From assembly GCA_964187785.1 (NCBI GenBank), contig OZ076409.1:41604001-41668000 (forward strand): 64,000 nt of DNA. Direction: 5' to 3'. The notes under the pieces were generated by a model. The model was not told where the DNA came from. It searched no databases and worked only from the letters and a program-made list of their open reading frames with translations. Positions 11,001 through 23,400 of this stretch are shown piece after piece. The DNA comes from Amphiscolops sp. MND2022. Its lineage: Eukaryota. The position numbers and the translations under genes were made by a program. The stretch's first letter is position 1, and each line of letters begins with the position of its first letter.

Positions 11001-14000
11001 TATTGTGCAGGGTTTTCAGTTGCAAATTAGTCTTCTCGTTCTAATTTTGGGCCACTGATTTTCAAATTACTAAAAAAGATTGATGTTTTGTTAATCATCA
11101 TTTTGTAGCATTACGATGCCTCTTTCATATTTGTTTTGAATGTGTGAAAATTTAAGTGTAACTGCCCCTGAGTTGAAGTTAATGTGATTATACAGCCAAG
11201 TTTCTGATATCTTTTAGATGACAGAATCTAATCTTATATCTAAAGGCTGGCTTAACGACTGAGCATAAATTGACAACGAAAAACTGAATATAAATTTAGG
11301 CGCTGTCTAGTTAATATTGAGTACTGTAACTCCATTATCAGCTGATTGTTTTTTTTTTCGAGGTCCATTAGCGCCATCTTGTATTATTTGGATAATGTTT
11401 TAGGTCGGAATTACTGCAGTTCACCACAAGAAGTTGTTTGACCAGATTAACGTGCAGAATGGCAGGGCCATCAATTACACGCCATGTCTGCACGCGGATG
11501 AGGAGCCTGGCTCTGCGATGTGTTGCTCCAACTGTTCCTGTGTCAGGAAAAGCACCTTCTGTGAGAAATTCTGCAAGTGTTCACCTCTCTGTGAGCACCG
11601 GTTTCCCGGCTGTCGATGCAAGTTAGCCGCCCGCTTATAATTCTCATTGGATTCACAATTTTGTTGTTGCTCCAATAATTAAGCTGCCATAATTAAGCGT
11701 TAAAACGATAGCCGGAATATTATTGAAATCTGAATTATTCAACATTTTTTCTGTTCTATTTTCGTCTGATTCCGAGTACCTACTGAAAATTCAGATATTT
11801 TGCTCGGAAGTGAGTACAAGCGTGAGATTTAAATTTCTCAAGCTGCCGACAACATATCGTTTCTCGTGCGATGGAACGAGCGAATGTTCGTAATTATGCT
11901 TTCGTACCCCGAGTTATTGAGATAAAGCGAACGAGTGTTAATTGTTCGTTCGCCGAGAGCTTCACCTGCATTCAAATACATATTTGCTTTAGTCCGAGAT
12001 TTACTGATTGGGCTCATTTTCGACGCTGTGCGACTTTATTTTTGATTTCATGAATGTATACCCTTCGTTTTTTAGTCGGCGCTTCATGAAGTGAAACGCG
12101 ACTATTATAGTGACTTTTTTTCTATCCACACGAACTGACCAAAATAGTTCTTAAAAGTTCTACAAAATATTATTGCACCAAATTGCACTATTTGGTCTAG
12201 CGAACTGAACCAAAAGGGTTTTCCTGTTTTCCCGCGTAACATACCGTACCGGGCGAGACCAAAGGGTCCCCCCTTTCATTTTTTTTCGGCACTGCGAGAC
12301 TTTTCGAAAAAAATCCCCAAAGGGTCCCCCCCTGCATTTTTTCGGCACTGCGAGACTTTTTTTCGAAAAAAAATTTCCCCAAAGGGTCCCCCTGCATTTT
12401 TTTCGGCACTGCGAGACTTTTTTTCGAAAAAAAATTTTCCCCAAAGGGTCCCCCTGCATTTTTTGATGTTTTGCGACAGAATGGATGTTGAAAAATCCCA
12501 AAGGGTCCCCACCCTTTCAGTTTTTTCCGCATTGTGAGATTTTTTCCCAAAAATAAAAATTTTTGTTTCCTTCAATTTTTTCATGTTTTGCGACAGAATG
12601 TATGTTGAAAACCTCAAAGGGTCCCCCCTTTCAGTTTTTCGGCATTGTGAGACTTTAACGCGCCAGGGGCTCGCGCTAGCGAGCCCCGGCGCGCCACTCT
12701 GTCCATTTTTTTGAGTACTTTTTTCGATTTTCGATTTTCAAGTACTGTAAAAGAGAATACTTGACACTTGGAAGTCTTTTTGCTATTTTTGAGCCTTGGA
12801 TATGGCGCCGACTTGGGCCAGTCCCGGCTTGTTAAGTTTTCAATTGGTATATAATGAATGCAGAATGTCCGAAAATTGTATAGAAAATGCCTAACGCGGT
12901 GCAAGCTTGTCGAACTTTGCACGTAGAATTGTTTGGATTTTTTAATCCACGAAAACATTTAAAAACTGAACAAAAAGGCAAATTAATGCTCGAAAATTGA
13001 ATTTTGGAATTTTTGACTTTGAGGCATTTTGAGGCACTTTTACCGCGAAATAGTCATGTTTAGCATCAGTTGCGAACCAGTTTGATGAACGTTGATTTTG
13101 ATGTTTAGAGGCCAATGCAACACAAAGATCTGCATTTGTTTCCTGGCAAATCGAGAATGTGACCCCGACTTGTGTGGCAAATGTGGAGCCAATGATTACT
13201 CACACGTAGAGCCCGCATGCAAAAATGTTAATCTCCAGAGACAACTTCGCAAGCATATCCTCGTCGGTTAGTTCCAGTGCTCCCATAGTGCATTCTTGAA
13301 GAAATGTCTGAATGAGGCTTGGTTTCAATATTCATTATGAAACCAAGAGGACATCTCAAGCCGTCCTTATTTCTGGCTGGCGCGCATTTCATTGTCCTTT
13401 GCCGCTATTAAACAACTAAAAAGACTACTCTGCAGTTCCTATTAAGACTCAGAGGGGGCTCAAACCTTGGACGTTTTTGCATGCACTATCTTATTTTGGA
13501 TCTTGGAAAATCAATAGTTGGAGAGGGGTGACTCTTGAAAGGAACTGCAGAGTATTCAATTCAATCAACGACTAAAGCTTTTCATGGTCATTTCTAGAAC
13601 AGCGATATAATATTTTAGTTTTTTGAATCTCATTGTGGGTTTTACTATTTTGTATTAATGTTTCTGCGTGAGGAATATTATAATATATAATTCATTATAA
13701 TATAATAATGAAATGTTATTAAAACGCTGACCGGTAGTTTTTTCAGACCAAATATCGTTACACATATATATCGTCTCACTCAAGGAAAATATTTTTCTGC
13801 CGAGCGTTATCTTTCTCTAATTGACAAAAACCGATCGATTATTTAACTTAGATGATTGTTCACCGAGAGCTTAAACTGCATTTAAATGGGCATTAAAGCT
13901 ATCATTTTTTCTATAGGCAGTTTTTTCTTCAAAAAGTAAAGTTCCAATATTTGGATTTTTCAGATATTAGTTTTGCAATTCTACAATATTCAAAGAGTTT

Positions 14001-16295
14001 GACTGTCTTGAGTTGAAGCGTTTTCTTGTGGATATTTTTGAAATTTTTTTTCCACGTGGAAGTGATAGATATAGTTCTCTATTTCTATAAAGAGTTTTTG
14101 GACCATGTTTCTTGTTTCCTCCCCAGGTACACCGTGTTTCTTATATCCCCCAACATGTAAACAACTTTTATCCTTGAAAAAATGTCTTGGGCGAATGAAA
14201 GGTATAGCTATAAATATTAAGATGGTTGTCGCTAGAGTTGTTTCTACACTCGCAGCAAAAAATTATCGGGACTTTTTCTGGAAAAAAAAGCAACAATTCA
14301 CTCCTAGAACAAGCGAAAATTGTATAGGAAAGTCTGTTTTAACCCAAATTTTCTCCGCCATAAATTCAAATGAGCAACTTTTAACTGAATCATTGTAAAA
14401 GATAGGCTTATGTCGACATCACTTTTTATTGGACCGAAATTTTAGCGCAAAGGATGTCGACATATGAATTTTTCAACCTTGTTTTTAGTCGGCCCTTCAT
14501 GAAGTGAAACGCGACTATTATGGTGGCTTTTCTTTTTTTTCAATCCACACGAACTGACCGAAATAGTTCTTAAAAGTTCTACAAAATATTATTGCACCAT
14601 TTGGCCTAGCGAACTGAACCAAAAAGGTTTTTCCTGTTTTCCTGCGTAACATACCATACCGGGCGAGACCCCTTTCAATTTTTTTCGGGTCCCCCCTTTT
14701 AATTTTTTTTCGGCACTGCGAGACTTTTTTTGGATTTTTTTCCCCAAAGGGTCCCCCCTTCAATTTTTTTTGCTGTTTTGCGTCAGAATGGATGTTGGAA
14801 AATCCCAAAGGGTCCCCCTTTCAGTTTTTCGGCATTATGAGACTTTTTTTCGAAAATCTGTTTTTTCTCCCCTTCAACTGCGACAAAAATGTTGACAATT
14901 TCGAAAGTGTCCCGCTTTTAGCGCGCCAGGAGCTCGCGCTAGCGGGCCCCGGCGCGCCACTCGATCCATTTTTTTGCTTTTTCGATTTTCGAGTACTGTA
15001 AATTGACTCTTGGAAGTCCTTTTGCTATTTTTGAGCCTTGGATATGGCGCCGACTTGGGCCGGTCCCGGCTTTTTAAACATTATTACGCGCAGCGTTCTT
15101 AGTAGGTCTCAATCGTAATCCAGGATAAATTTTGTTTTGATTTTGATTCAGTCGTTTGTTATCGCTCCTGCTTCGCCCATCAACAAAGTGACTTCAAGCA
15201 AGGTGGCATGGTTATTTTGAAGAGGCATGTTTGGGGTAGAATTCGTGATTAAAATACCCGAAAATGGTTTCAGGTCGATCGGATGTTTCTGGTTGGGGAG
15301 CGTTTGCCAAGAACTCGATAGAGAAGAACGAATTCATTGGGGAATACGTGGGCGAGCTCATATCACACGATGAGGCCGAGAGGCGGGGCAAAGTGTACGA
15401 CCACTACCAATGCAGCTACCTGTTCGACCTCAACAACGAATTTTCTGTCGATGCCACTCGAAAGGTTCACCTTCCATATTCAACAAGTCCTTGTCAATCG
15501 TTTGTCTGCCTATGCGCCCATTAACTGCAACATTAAATATTGTAACACCCTTCGCAGTTTAATATAATATAAACTATTGACAGCGGTTGATAGATGCGAA
15601 AGTCGTCATTTTTCTTTGCATAACCTTTTTGTAGGTTCTCGCCAAGTTTTAATTCCAAAGTTTAATGAAACATTTTCTGCTGTTTCTGCTAATGCCAAAA
15701 TAAAGATTAAGCGATTTGAATTGCAATTAGCTGAAATGTTTATATTTCCGCCCATATTCCATATGGGAAGAGAGAATAAGTACTTGAAATGAACCGAAAG
15801 TGTCAAAATTATCATTTTTTTGGAACTTGTATTGGCTATGCTCGACCTTCACAGAAAACGGTGTCGCTAAAAAGATTCAGGGCAGAAAGTATCCAGGCTC
15901 TCTTGTGGTGTCTTGTTACTTGAATGGTTCAAACAATTCCTGAAAAGTTTCAATTGAATTTAGGTTCGACTTGAAATTCTTTGTGCACAACTTCAATTTC
16001 AGTTACCTATATTTAAATTTGATCTTCCACTGACCTTTGTTAATGAAATGCAATATGACTGATGAAACTGGTTTGATCGCGTTGAAAGTTATCATGCACT
16101 GTATTTTTGCAGGGAAACAAGATTCGATTCGCCAACCATTCAATGAACCCTAACTGCCATGCCAAGATCATGATGGTTAACGGGGACCACAGAATAGGAA
16201 TATTCGCCAAGCGAGACATTCTAGCTGGGGAGGAATTGTTCTTCGACTACAGGTACGGGCCTCCGGAAAAACTCAAGTACGTCAAAATGATATGA
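5092..16295 (+). CDS. EZH2: Enhancer of zeste / EZH1-2 histone H3K27 methyltransferase (PRC2 catalytic subunit), 5'-partial
   Basis: Inferred GT-AG exons 5092-5501, 6864-7403, 7810-8231, 11404-11621, 13109-13266, 15274-15464, 16113-16295 join in frame. Motifs: EELKERY (SANT1), [14 protein letters not shown] ([31 protein letters not shown]), SET ([49 protein letters not shown]). N-terminal exons not found in the window. Confidence 0.95.
9145..9638 (-). mobile_element. Helentron/DINE-1-like family A copy in EZH2 intron
   Basis: AACAAGACGGGAACGTCTAAAGTCGGCGC ... GCGCCGACTAAAAA, the reverse complement of the family termini. Confidence 0.75.
10153..10415 (+). mobile_element. Helentron-like family B element carrying a tRNA-like segment
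   Basis: Subterminal IR TATTTTCCGC / GCGGAAAATA; 3' end AGCGGGCGTCTTGTT; both ends homologous to 58869-59240. Confidence 0.6.
10296..10370 (+). ncRNA. tRNA-derived (pseudo-tRNA / SINE-head-like) sequence with Pol III A and B boxes
   Basis: A box TGGCGCAGTTGG (10303) and B box GGTTCGAACC (10347) at tRNA spacing; acceptor and anticodon stems pair poorly. Confidence 0.6.
11803..12010. repeat. Dispersed repeat family C (MITE-like)
   Basis: AAGCGTGAGATTTAAATTTCTCAAGC ... CGTTCGCCGAGAGC; related copies at ~26178, ~30040 and ~32757. Confidence 0.6.
12068..12833 (+). mobile_element. Helentron/DINE-1-like family A copy with expanded internal tandem repeats
   Basis: Family termini; about three tandem ~55-bp units CCCCAAAGGGTCCCCCTGCATTTTTTCGGCACTGCGAGAC at 12255-12460. 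Confidence 0.8.
13426..13554. mobile_element. Small TA-flanked MITE
   Basis: TA-CTCTGCAGTTCCT ... AGGAACTGCAGAG-TA terminal inverted repeat. Confidence 0.6.
14482..15075 (+). mobile_element. Helentron/DINE-1-like family A copy
   Basis: TTTTTAGTCGGCCC ... GGCGCCGACTTGGGCCGGTCCCGGCTTTTT. Confidence 0.8.
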
Positions 16296-17444
16296 CCTCC
16301 TCCTGGCCTGCACGTGATCTTAATCTGACATGGCCTCGTGATTCGATTGACCTCACATTTGCTGACTAGATATACCGCCAAGTGAAGCCTATCTACCAAT
16401 ATTACGTCCTTCAGCTGCTGTATTGAATCAATAGATCAGTTATAATGAGCAACTCTTGTTATTGATCATTTAAAACATTATCTCGTGCTATTTTTCATTT
16501 CAATTTGTATTTTTCATTCCACATTCTCGGTTTTGTGTTTGCTTTTTACTGAAACTTAAGTTTGTTGCCAAATTTTTATTTAATTAATTTTTTCCAAGTC
16601 TTGAATTCGCTGTCTTAATTGTTCAATTGATTGAATGCTTTCTTGTAAATCTAAATGATGCTCAATGATGACTGAAATGACATGAACTTTCAGATTTTAA
16701 TGCCGAGCCATTCGACCCTTAAAAACTAATGGTATCAACTTGTACATTATAGAAAAGCAAAGTATAGATGTCTTCTAATCTAAAAGTTAGTATATCTTAG
16801 CTCATTCTATTACTCTAAATAGTTGTGAACTATTAAATAAGATAACCGCGCGCATCTCAAAGTTTATAAATGTATTTTGACCGAACCTTTTTTTCAATCC
16901 AAATTTTTGCATTATAAAGAAAAAGGACAGTACAAACTTATTCAATTGCCACACCTTTCGGAGCTCTGAGGATTAATTGGTTATTTCCTAATACGTGAAT
17001 ATAAATTTATTTTGTGCTTCTTTATGATTATCAGGCGTCCAATGACATTAGATATGTATAGTACAAAGTATCTAGTATCTCCAATTAGCATCGACAGTAT
17101 CTGAAACCATAGAGCTACCCCAAACCGCATAAAATAAGTCCCACTCAGCAGTTTTCTAGGCATCGTATTTCACCACCTATTTGAAATTGTAAGACAGTTG
17201 AGAAAAAGCTTCAAATGGTTCTTTCTCTTTTCTTTGTTATATCAGATAATTGCAAAGATGTATTTTTGTCGGAAAATCTTCAGTGTCTACTTTTTGGCTG
17301 TTATTCTTGACGCCAACTGAGTTAAAAAGTGCGTGCTGTTATTCGCAAAAGTCATAAAGTTTTATTCTGATTCTAATTCTTGTAATACAATATCTCGTCC
17401 ATTTGCAACCTGCTCATAATATTATCCTTTCTATAATTCCTCAG

Positions 17445-20400
17445 AGAGGAAGTTCCTCTTTCGGCGACGTGGGTTGTGCGGGCCAGTGGTCTGAAGGTGG
17501 AGATGTGAACAAAGACCAAGGTGCCTTCCCCTCCGCCTCTCAAGGCACGAAACCCGCCCCTCTATTCGGAGGAGTCCCCTCTCGCTCCGATGCCGCTTCG
17601 TCATCTCAACTCCAGTCCAAATCATCTTCGTCAACCGACAATGCCGCCGTATCTCACCCGGCCGCCAAGAAAACTAAACTGGCTCCTTCTGCCCTCAAAA
17701 ATCCTTTCGAAGTTTTGTGTGAGTTTTATTTTGTCTTTTAAAATTTGTTTGTAGCTGGTTTGTAAATTCCAATATATACAGTAGCTACCAAAAGTTTACG
17801 CACAGCAATTTTTTTATCGAAGCGGCAAACACGAGACGACATATTTAGAATTGAATGCACATAAGTTTTTGAACTGAAGAAAAAAGTCAGTTTGAAACAA
17901 CTAATTTCTGGCCACAGCTGTTTTTCTGCAATTTGATATCCTCTTTATGGAGCCGAAAAATACTGATAGAAAACCTAGAACGTTGCATTGCTTCCAAGCA
18001 TCGACATTGAACCCAAATTTTGTTTTTGGAATTAGCAGAGAATGAGTTCTAAACTGTCACAGTATGAACGGCTGTCCTACAACCCTATCAGAGTCAACTT
18101 CCGTGCCCTCGTTTTGCGATGAAAGCGGCAAAATTCAAACCTACCCTGATGAAAATAACTTGAACGAAAAGTTAGGTAATGATCTGAACTTTTGGCAAAT
18201 ATGATAGTGGTTCTGAGCTTTCTATGGTAAAACTTGCACCTTTTGTTTCTGTACTGTTTTGACGTTGGGCGAACGCTATAAATGTCTGCATTTCCTTAGT
18301 TTTGACACCATTCATTATAAACAAATTTGATGGCAAATTCCGCGAATAACAATCAAAATAAGCAGTGTTAAAAATGCAAATCGGCGCGTTGGCCACAATA
18401 TTACATCAATAGGGCAACGTTAGCACAGTGTGTTAAGAAATCCGTGGGTTTGCACAAAAGTGTTTTTAAATGTAAATTCGTTTGAGAATTTGAAAAACAC
18501 TTGTTGTGAGTAAACTTCCCTACTGTATATTTTCAATTTTATAATGGGCGAATACCGTTTCATCGATTTCGTTTTTGAAAGCATCTACAGTTGAATCCGC
18601 CTGTTCGTATCACTGGGGACCGAATAAAATAGTACGAATAATGAGAAATGCGAATTATCCGGATGATACTACTTTGTTCGCCGCGAAATGGGGATGTCAG
18701 ATACATTGAACGAAGATCCGAATTAACCGGAGTTGACTGTATATGGCAGCCAAGAAAACGTAACTTTGTAGAGTTTTTCAATGAAAGCTTGGTTTAATTG
18801 TTCAAAAGTTAGCCCCTGTGGGCTCTGTCTTCTGACTGAAATGAAGGTTTTTTTGCTTCATTTTAGGTTCTCCAGCCGAAGACTCAAATACTTCGGAAGG
18901 AAAACAGGCTTCTGGCTCGTTCAAAGCTGTCAGCTTCCTCAAACCTTCAAAGCTGGAATGGGGCGCCTCTAGTGTATTTAAGACAGTGCAATCTAACTCA
19001 CTACCTCTCGCTTCCAAACCAGATGTTAGTGCTCTTTTTAAACCATCCCATTGGAATTTCATTCAAAGTGAATCACAGGAATAACGCGCTTAGAATACTG
19101 CATATATTTTTGGACAACTATCCATTCTCGCTAGGTTTTACTTTTGTGTCTTGTTTAAGTCGAATTCTTTCTCCAGTCAGTTTCTCAATCTAACCAGGGC
19201 TCCCAGTTGTGGCACAGGCAACCTCAACCCTGCTATTGGAGGGTATGTATCGCTTCAAATCTTTACTAAAGTCGAATTGAGTTTTTGTATCGTCGCGATA
19301 TTTAAACCCTTTTGAAATCTTTTTCCTAAACTTTTAATTAATTCTTGCACTGCCTTTCGTAGAGTGAATTCGTATTTCCAATTCTGTACCAGTTTTTTTC
19401 ATTGTCCCTGGATTTTCACGTGTTTCCACCCGATGCTTTACAATGCGTTAACAAGTTGAAAAAAGTCTTTTGACACTGCCAAAAACATGTTTTTCGCCAT
19501 CTCCTGCTGTGAAAAGATAAATTCGAGCTGTATATGAGCGTTTATACTTACTCCAATTTTTAGTTGTTTAACCCTAATTAACCTGGTAGTACTTTAAAGC
19601 AGCCTGCCATTTTTAGTCGGCGCTTTATCCTTTTAAGGAAAAATGCCCGACTATAGCAGTGACCATTTTTTAGTCGGTGCTTTTCCTTTAAGGGAAAAAT
19701 GCCCGACTATAGCAGTGACTGTTTTTTAGACGGCGCTTTTCTAGGGAAAAGTGCCCGACTCTTACAGTGGCTAGTTTTTTTTTCGTCAGACTACAATCTC
19801 ACTCTGATTGGGCCACTTTTCTTACAATCGAAACTACTAAAACTACTAGCATAAGAGGCCAAGTCCGGTCAGCGGAAATTAGTGCAAAAGGGTCCCCCGT
19901 TTCATTTTTTTACCTTTTTACGTAACCTACAAAACTGGAAGAGACCAAAGGGTCCCCCCTTTCATTTTTTTCGGCACTGTGCGATTTTTTTTTTCGAAAA
20001 TTTTTTAAGGTCTTAAAAGAGTCCCCCCTTCGAGTTTTTTGATATTTTGCAACAGAATGTATGTTAATGAATCCCAAAGGGTCCCACCTTTTCATTTTTC
20101 GGCACTATGCGACATTTTCGAAGTTTTTTTCAATTTTTATTTTGTTCCCAGTCGGGAAACAGTGATTCTCCAGTCATATAGAGCATGAAAGGCACACTTT
20201 GAGTGTCTCCAAAGTGTTTTCAAAGCTTTTCATGAATACGTCCTGAGCATATTTAGAAAACTTTGCGCTTCTTGAGCCTTAGATATAGCGCCGACTTTAG
20301 ACGTTCCCGTCTTGTTTGTTTTTAGTCGGCGCCTTTTCCCTTAAGGAAAAAAGCCCGACTCTTACAGTGAGTAGTTTTTTTTTGTTTTTTTTTCAGTTGA

Positions 20401-23400
20401 CAATCTCACTCTGAGTGGTCCACTTTTCTTACAATTTTTGTTCATCTTTCATATTTGTTCATCTTCCATCTTCGACCCAGCCGGAGAGCGTGGGTTCGAT
20501 TCTCGCACTAAACCATAAATTTTTTAATGCTTCCAAAAGTACAGGTGAAACCAAAAGGTCCCCCCTTTGGGTTTTTTTCGGCACTATGCGACTTTTTTCG
20601 AAAATTTTCGAAATTTATCAAAGGGTACCCCCTTGAAGTTTTTTGAAGTTTTCGGTTTGTAGAAAACGTTGAATGAGCCTGAATGGCCTCTTTTTGAGTT
20701 TTTCGGCATTGTGCGACCTAAAAAATACTTTTTTTCGAAAAAAAAATCAAAATTTTTTTTTGAAAAAAAAATTTTCCAAATTTTTCCAATAGTTGTTCCT
20801 TGAATATTTTTGAGCCTAAGATATGGCGCCGACTTGGGACGTTCCCGTCTTGTTTTTTCTTCAGAATACAATCCTCACACTGATCGGTCCACTTTTTAGA
20901 AACAATGCTGAAACCACCTAAGGCGCCCAGTCCGGCAAAGGGGCCAAGGCAAACTTAGTGCAAAGGGTCCCCCTTTCATTTTTTACTTTTTCAAGGTAAC
21001 ATACAAAACCGGACAGGACTGAAAGAGTCCCCCCTTTCGATTTTTTTCGGCACTGTGCGACTTTTTTTTCGAAAAATTTTTTGTCGCCAAAGGACGCCCC
21101 CCTTTTATTTTTTTACTTTTTAACGTAACCTACAAAACCGGATGAGACCAAAGGGTCCCCCCTTTCAATTTTTTTCGGCGCTATGAGACTTTTTCGAAAT
21201 TTTTTTTGTCTCCAAAGGGTCCCCCTTTCAATTTTTTTTTGATATTTTGCAACTGAAAGGATGTTGAAAAAGCCCAAAGCCCCCCTTCTACATTTTCCGT
21301 CACTATGAGACTGTTCAAAATAATCATTTTTTTCGACAACTTTTTAATGTCTCCAAAGGGTCCCCCTTCAATTTTTTTGATATTTTGCAACAAACTAGAT
21401 TTTCAAAAAGCCCAAAGGGTCCCCCTTTTACAATTTTTGACATTGTGAGATTTTTCGAAATGATCATTTTTTGTCATAAAAATTGTTTTTTTTCAGTTTT
21501 TAAAAATTTTGCGCTTTTTGAGCCTTAGATATAGCGCCGACTTTAGACGTTCCCGTCTTGTTTCAATTTCTGATTCCGTTTGCCAGCAGCCCATATTCTC
21601 TAGCACAGTTTTTATTCAACAGTTCATTGATACCTAGATTGGTTTGAATGGCCCAAGCATTAATTAAAGTGAATTTGTCTCCAAAACTGAGAAAAAATAA
21701 TTTTTGCACAAAAAATGTTCACTTTTTTCTAAATTTCCGTTTTTGGTAAAATCCAGTTTTTTTCGAAACAATTTTCACCCATAGCAAAAACCAACCCCAT
21801 ACACGTGCACAACATGTTCTTACGCAACAAATCCCAATAATATTCAGTTGTTACTACAAGCTACGAAGTGCGGAACTGCCGCGAAGCGGCGGTACCGGAA
21901 AAAGAAACCAAAATTCTGAAGGAAGGAGCGCGCGGCGACAGGGGCTCACCAGACTAAAATGAAAGCCCAATGCCAGACCTTTCAAACACGCTATAGTTCG
22001 TTTCTCTGGTACGCGTAGTTGTTGAGATATTAATGATTTAAAATTTTTAATCCGAATTTTTGAAAACTTTTTTGCAAAAACGCTCAGGTCACTTATGGTT
22101 AAAGCTGAAACTGAGTTGTTTTTAGAGAAATTAATGGTAAAAATAGCAACCACGGTGACTCAAAAAACGCGATTTCCTCGCCGACCAAAGTGGAAGAGTC
22201 GGCGGCGCTCACTTCAGAAGAAGCCCATGCTTCAAGTACCTCGACTGGCGAAAGGAGTTCAAAGATGGGCATTTCTGACTCATTGTTCGGTGCTAACTCT
22301 GCATCCACAAGCACTGCTTTTTCATCTGTCAACGAAAGTGGTGGCTCTTCTAATGATACTTCAAAACTGTTCATGTTTGGACAGAACTTACAAGACAGAG
22401 TAGTTGTGCCAACTGGTGCTGAATCCTCAAAAGTCGAATCATCTGAGTCCGCAAAAGTGGCCGAGACAAGTTCCGCTGAACCCAAGAAGACGGTTGCTGG
22501 AGGAGACTTGAAGCCGACACCTGTTTTTGCTGGCTCCTCAAATGAGTCTCCTCTCATTTTCAAGGAAGCTGGCGAAAAGACTGAAAGAAAGGGAGACAAT
22601 GTTTTCTCAACTACAGTGCAGATGCAAACTGGGGAAGAAAATGAAATAACTGTTCTTCAGGTAATTCTTTCGGTCTCCTATTCAGTCTCTGAATCATAAC
22701 ACATAAATCGCGATTAAAAGTTACCCATGTTTCAGTTTGGAATTGAACTAAGGATTCTTTTCTAGCAAGCAGTTCAATGAAATGGAAGATTTTTTTTCAG
22801 TTTGTATTTTCCTATTTTATCGGAGCGATTGCTAGAAAAGAATCCTTAGTTCAATTCTAGTTTTCTTACTTTGAAATTTGAATATTGCGGAAATCAAGTT
22901 TCTAAAACTATTCAATTTGCTGACGTTTAACTTCCTCAATGGTGTTCTTGATTTATTGGAATCGGAAGAATTAATGAGAAACAAAAATGCCCTGAAAGTT
23001 ATCGAGTTCCAAGTTTTGCCTCAAAGTTGAGATTCTTCCGGTTTCAGATACAAGCCAGACTTTTCCAATATGATTCCTCCGTAAAGAATTGGAGAGAGCG
23101 AGGAAGGGGTGTTTTGAGGCTGAACGAATCCAAATTCGCAGGCAACGGAAAAGCGAATGATGTTCAGAATTCCGCTAGAATACGTTAGTGGCATCTTTCT
23201 TCTGACAGAACACAGTGAAGAGCGCTCGACGGTGGAAAATGAAAGATTATTTCACTTCTTATTGGGAAAGAAAAATAGCCATTATTTTTGCAGACTTATA
23301 TGATTGTTTCTGTGGGAGTGGGAAATGCATAATTTCAGTTGTTCAAATAGTTGAAAACAAACTATCAATGACCGACCTAGCTTCGAAGCTACGTTTTCAA

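Noticed and set aside
12255..12560. CRISPR-like repeat array
   Set aside because: Eukaryotic context, degenerate tandem units with no unique spacers, no cas genes.
15274..16295. Catalytically altered EZH2 SET domain
   Set aside because: The EY, DATRKGN, NHS and FFDY residues are all canonical.
16981..17163. 60-aa minus-strand ORF between EZH2 and RanBP3
   Set aside because: Short, no motif, expected by chance.
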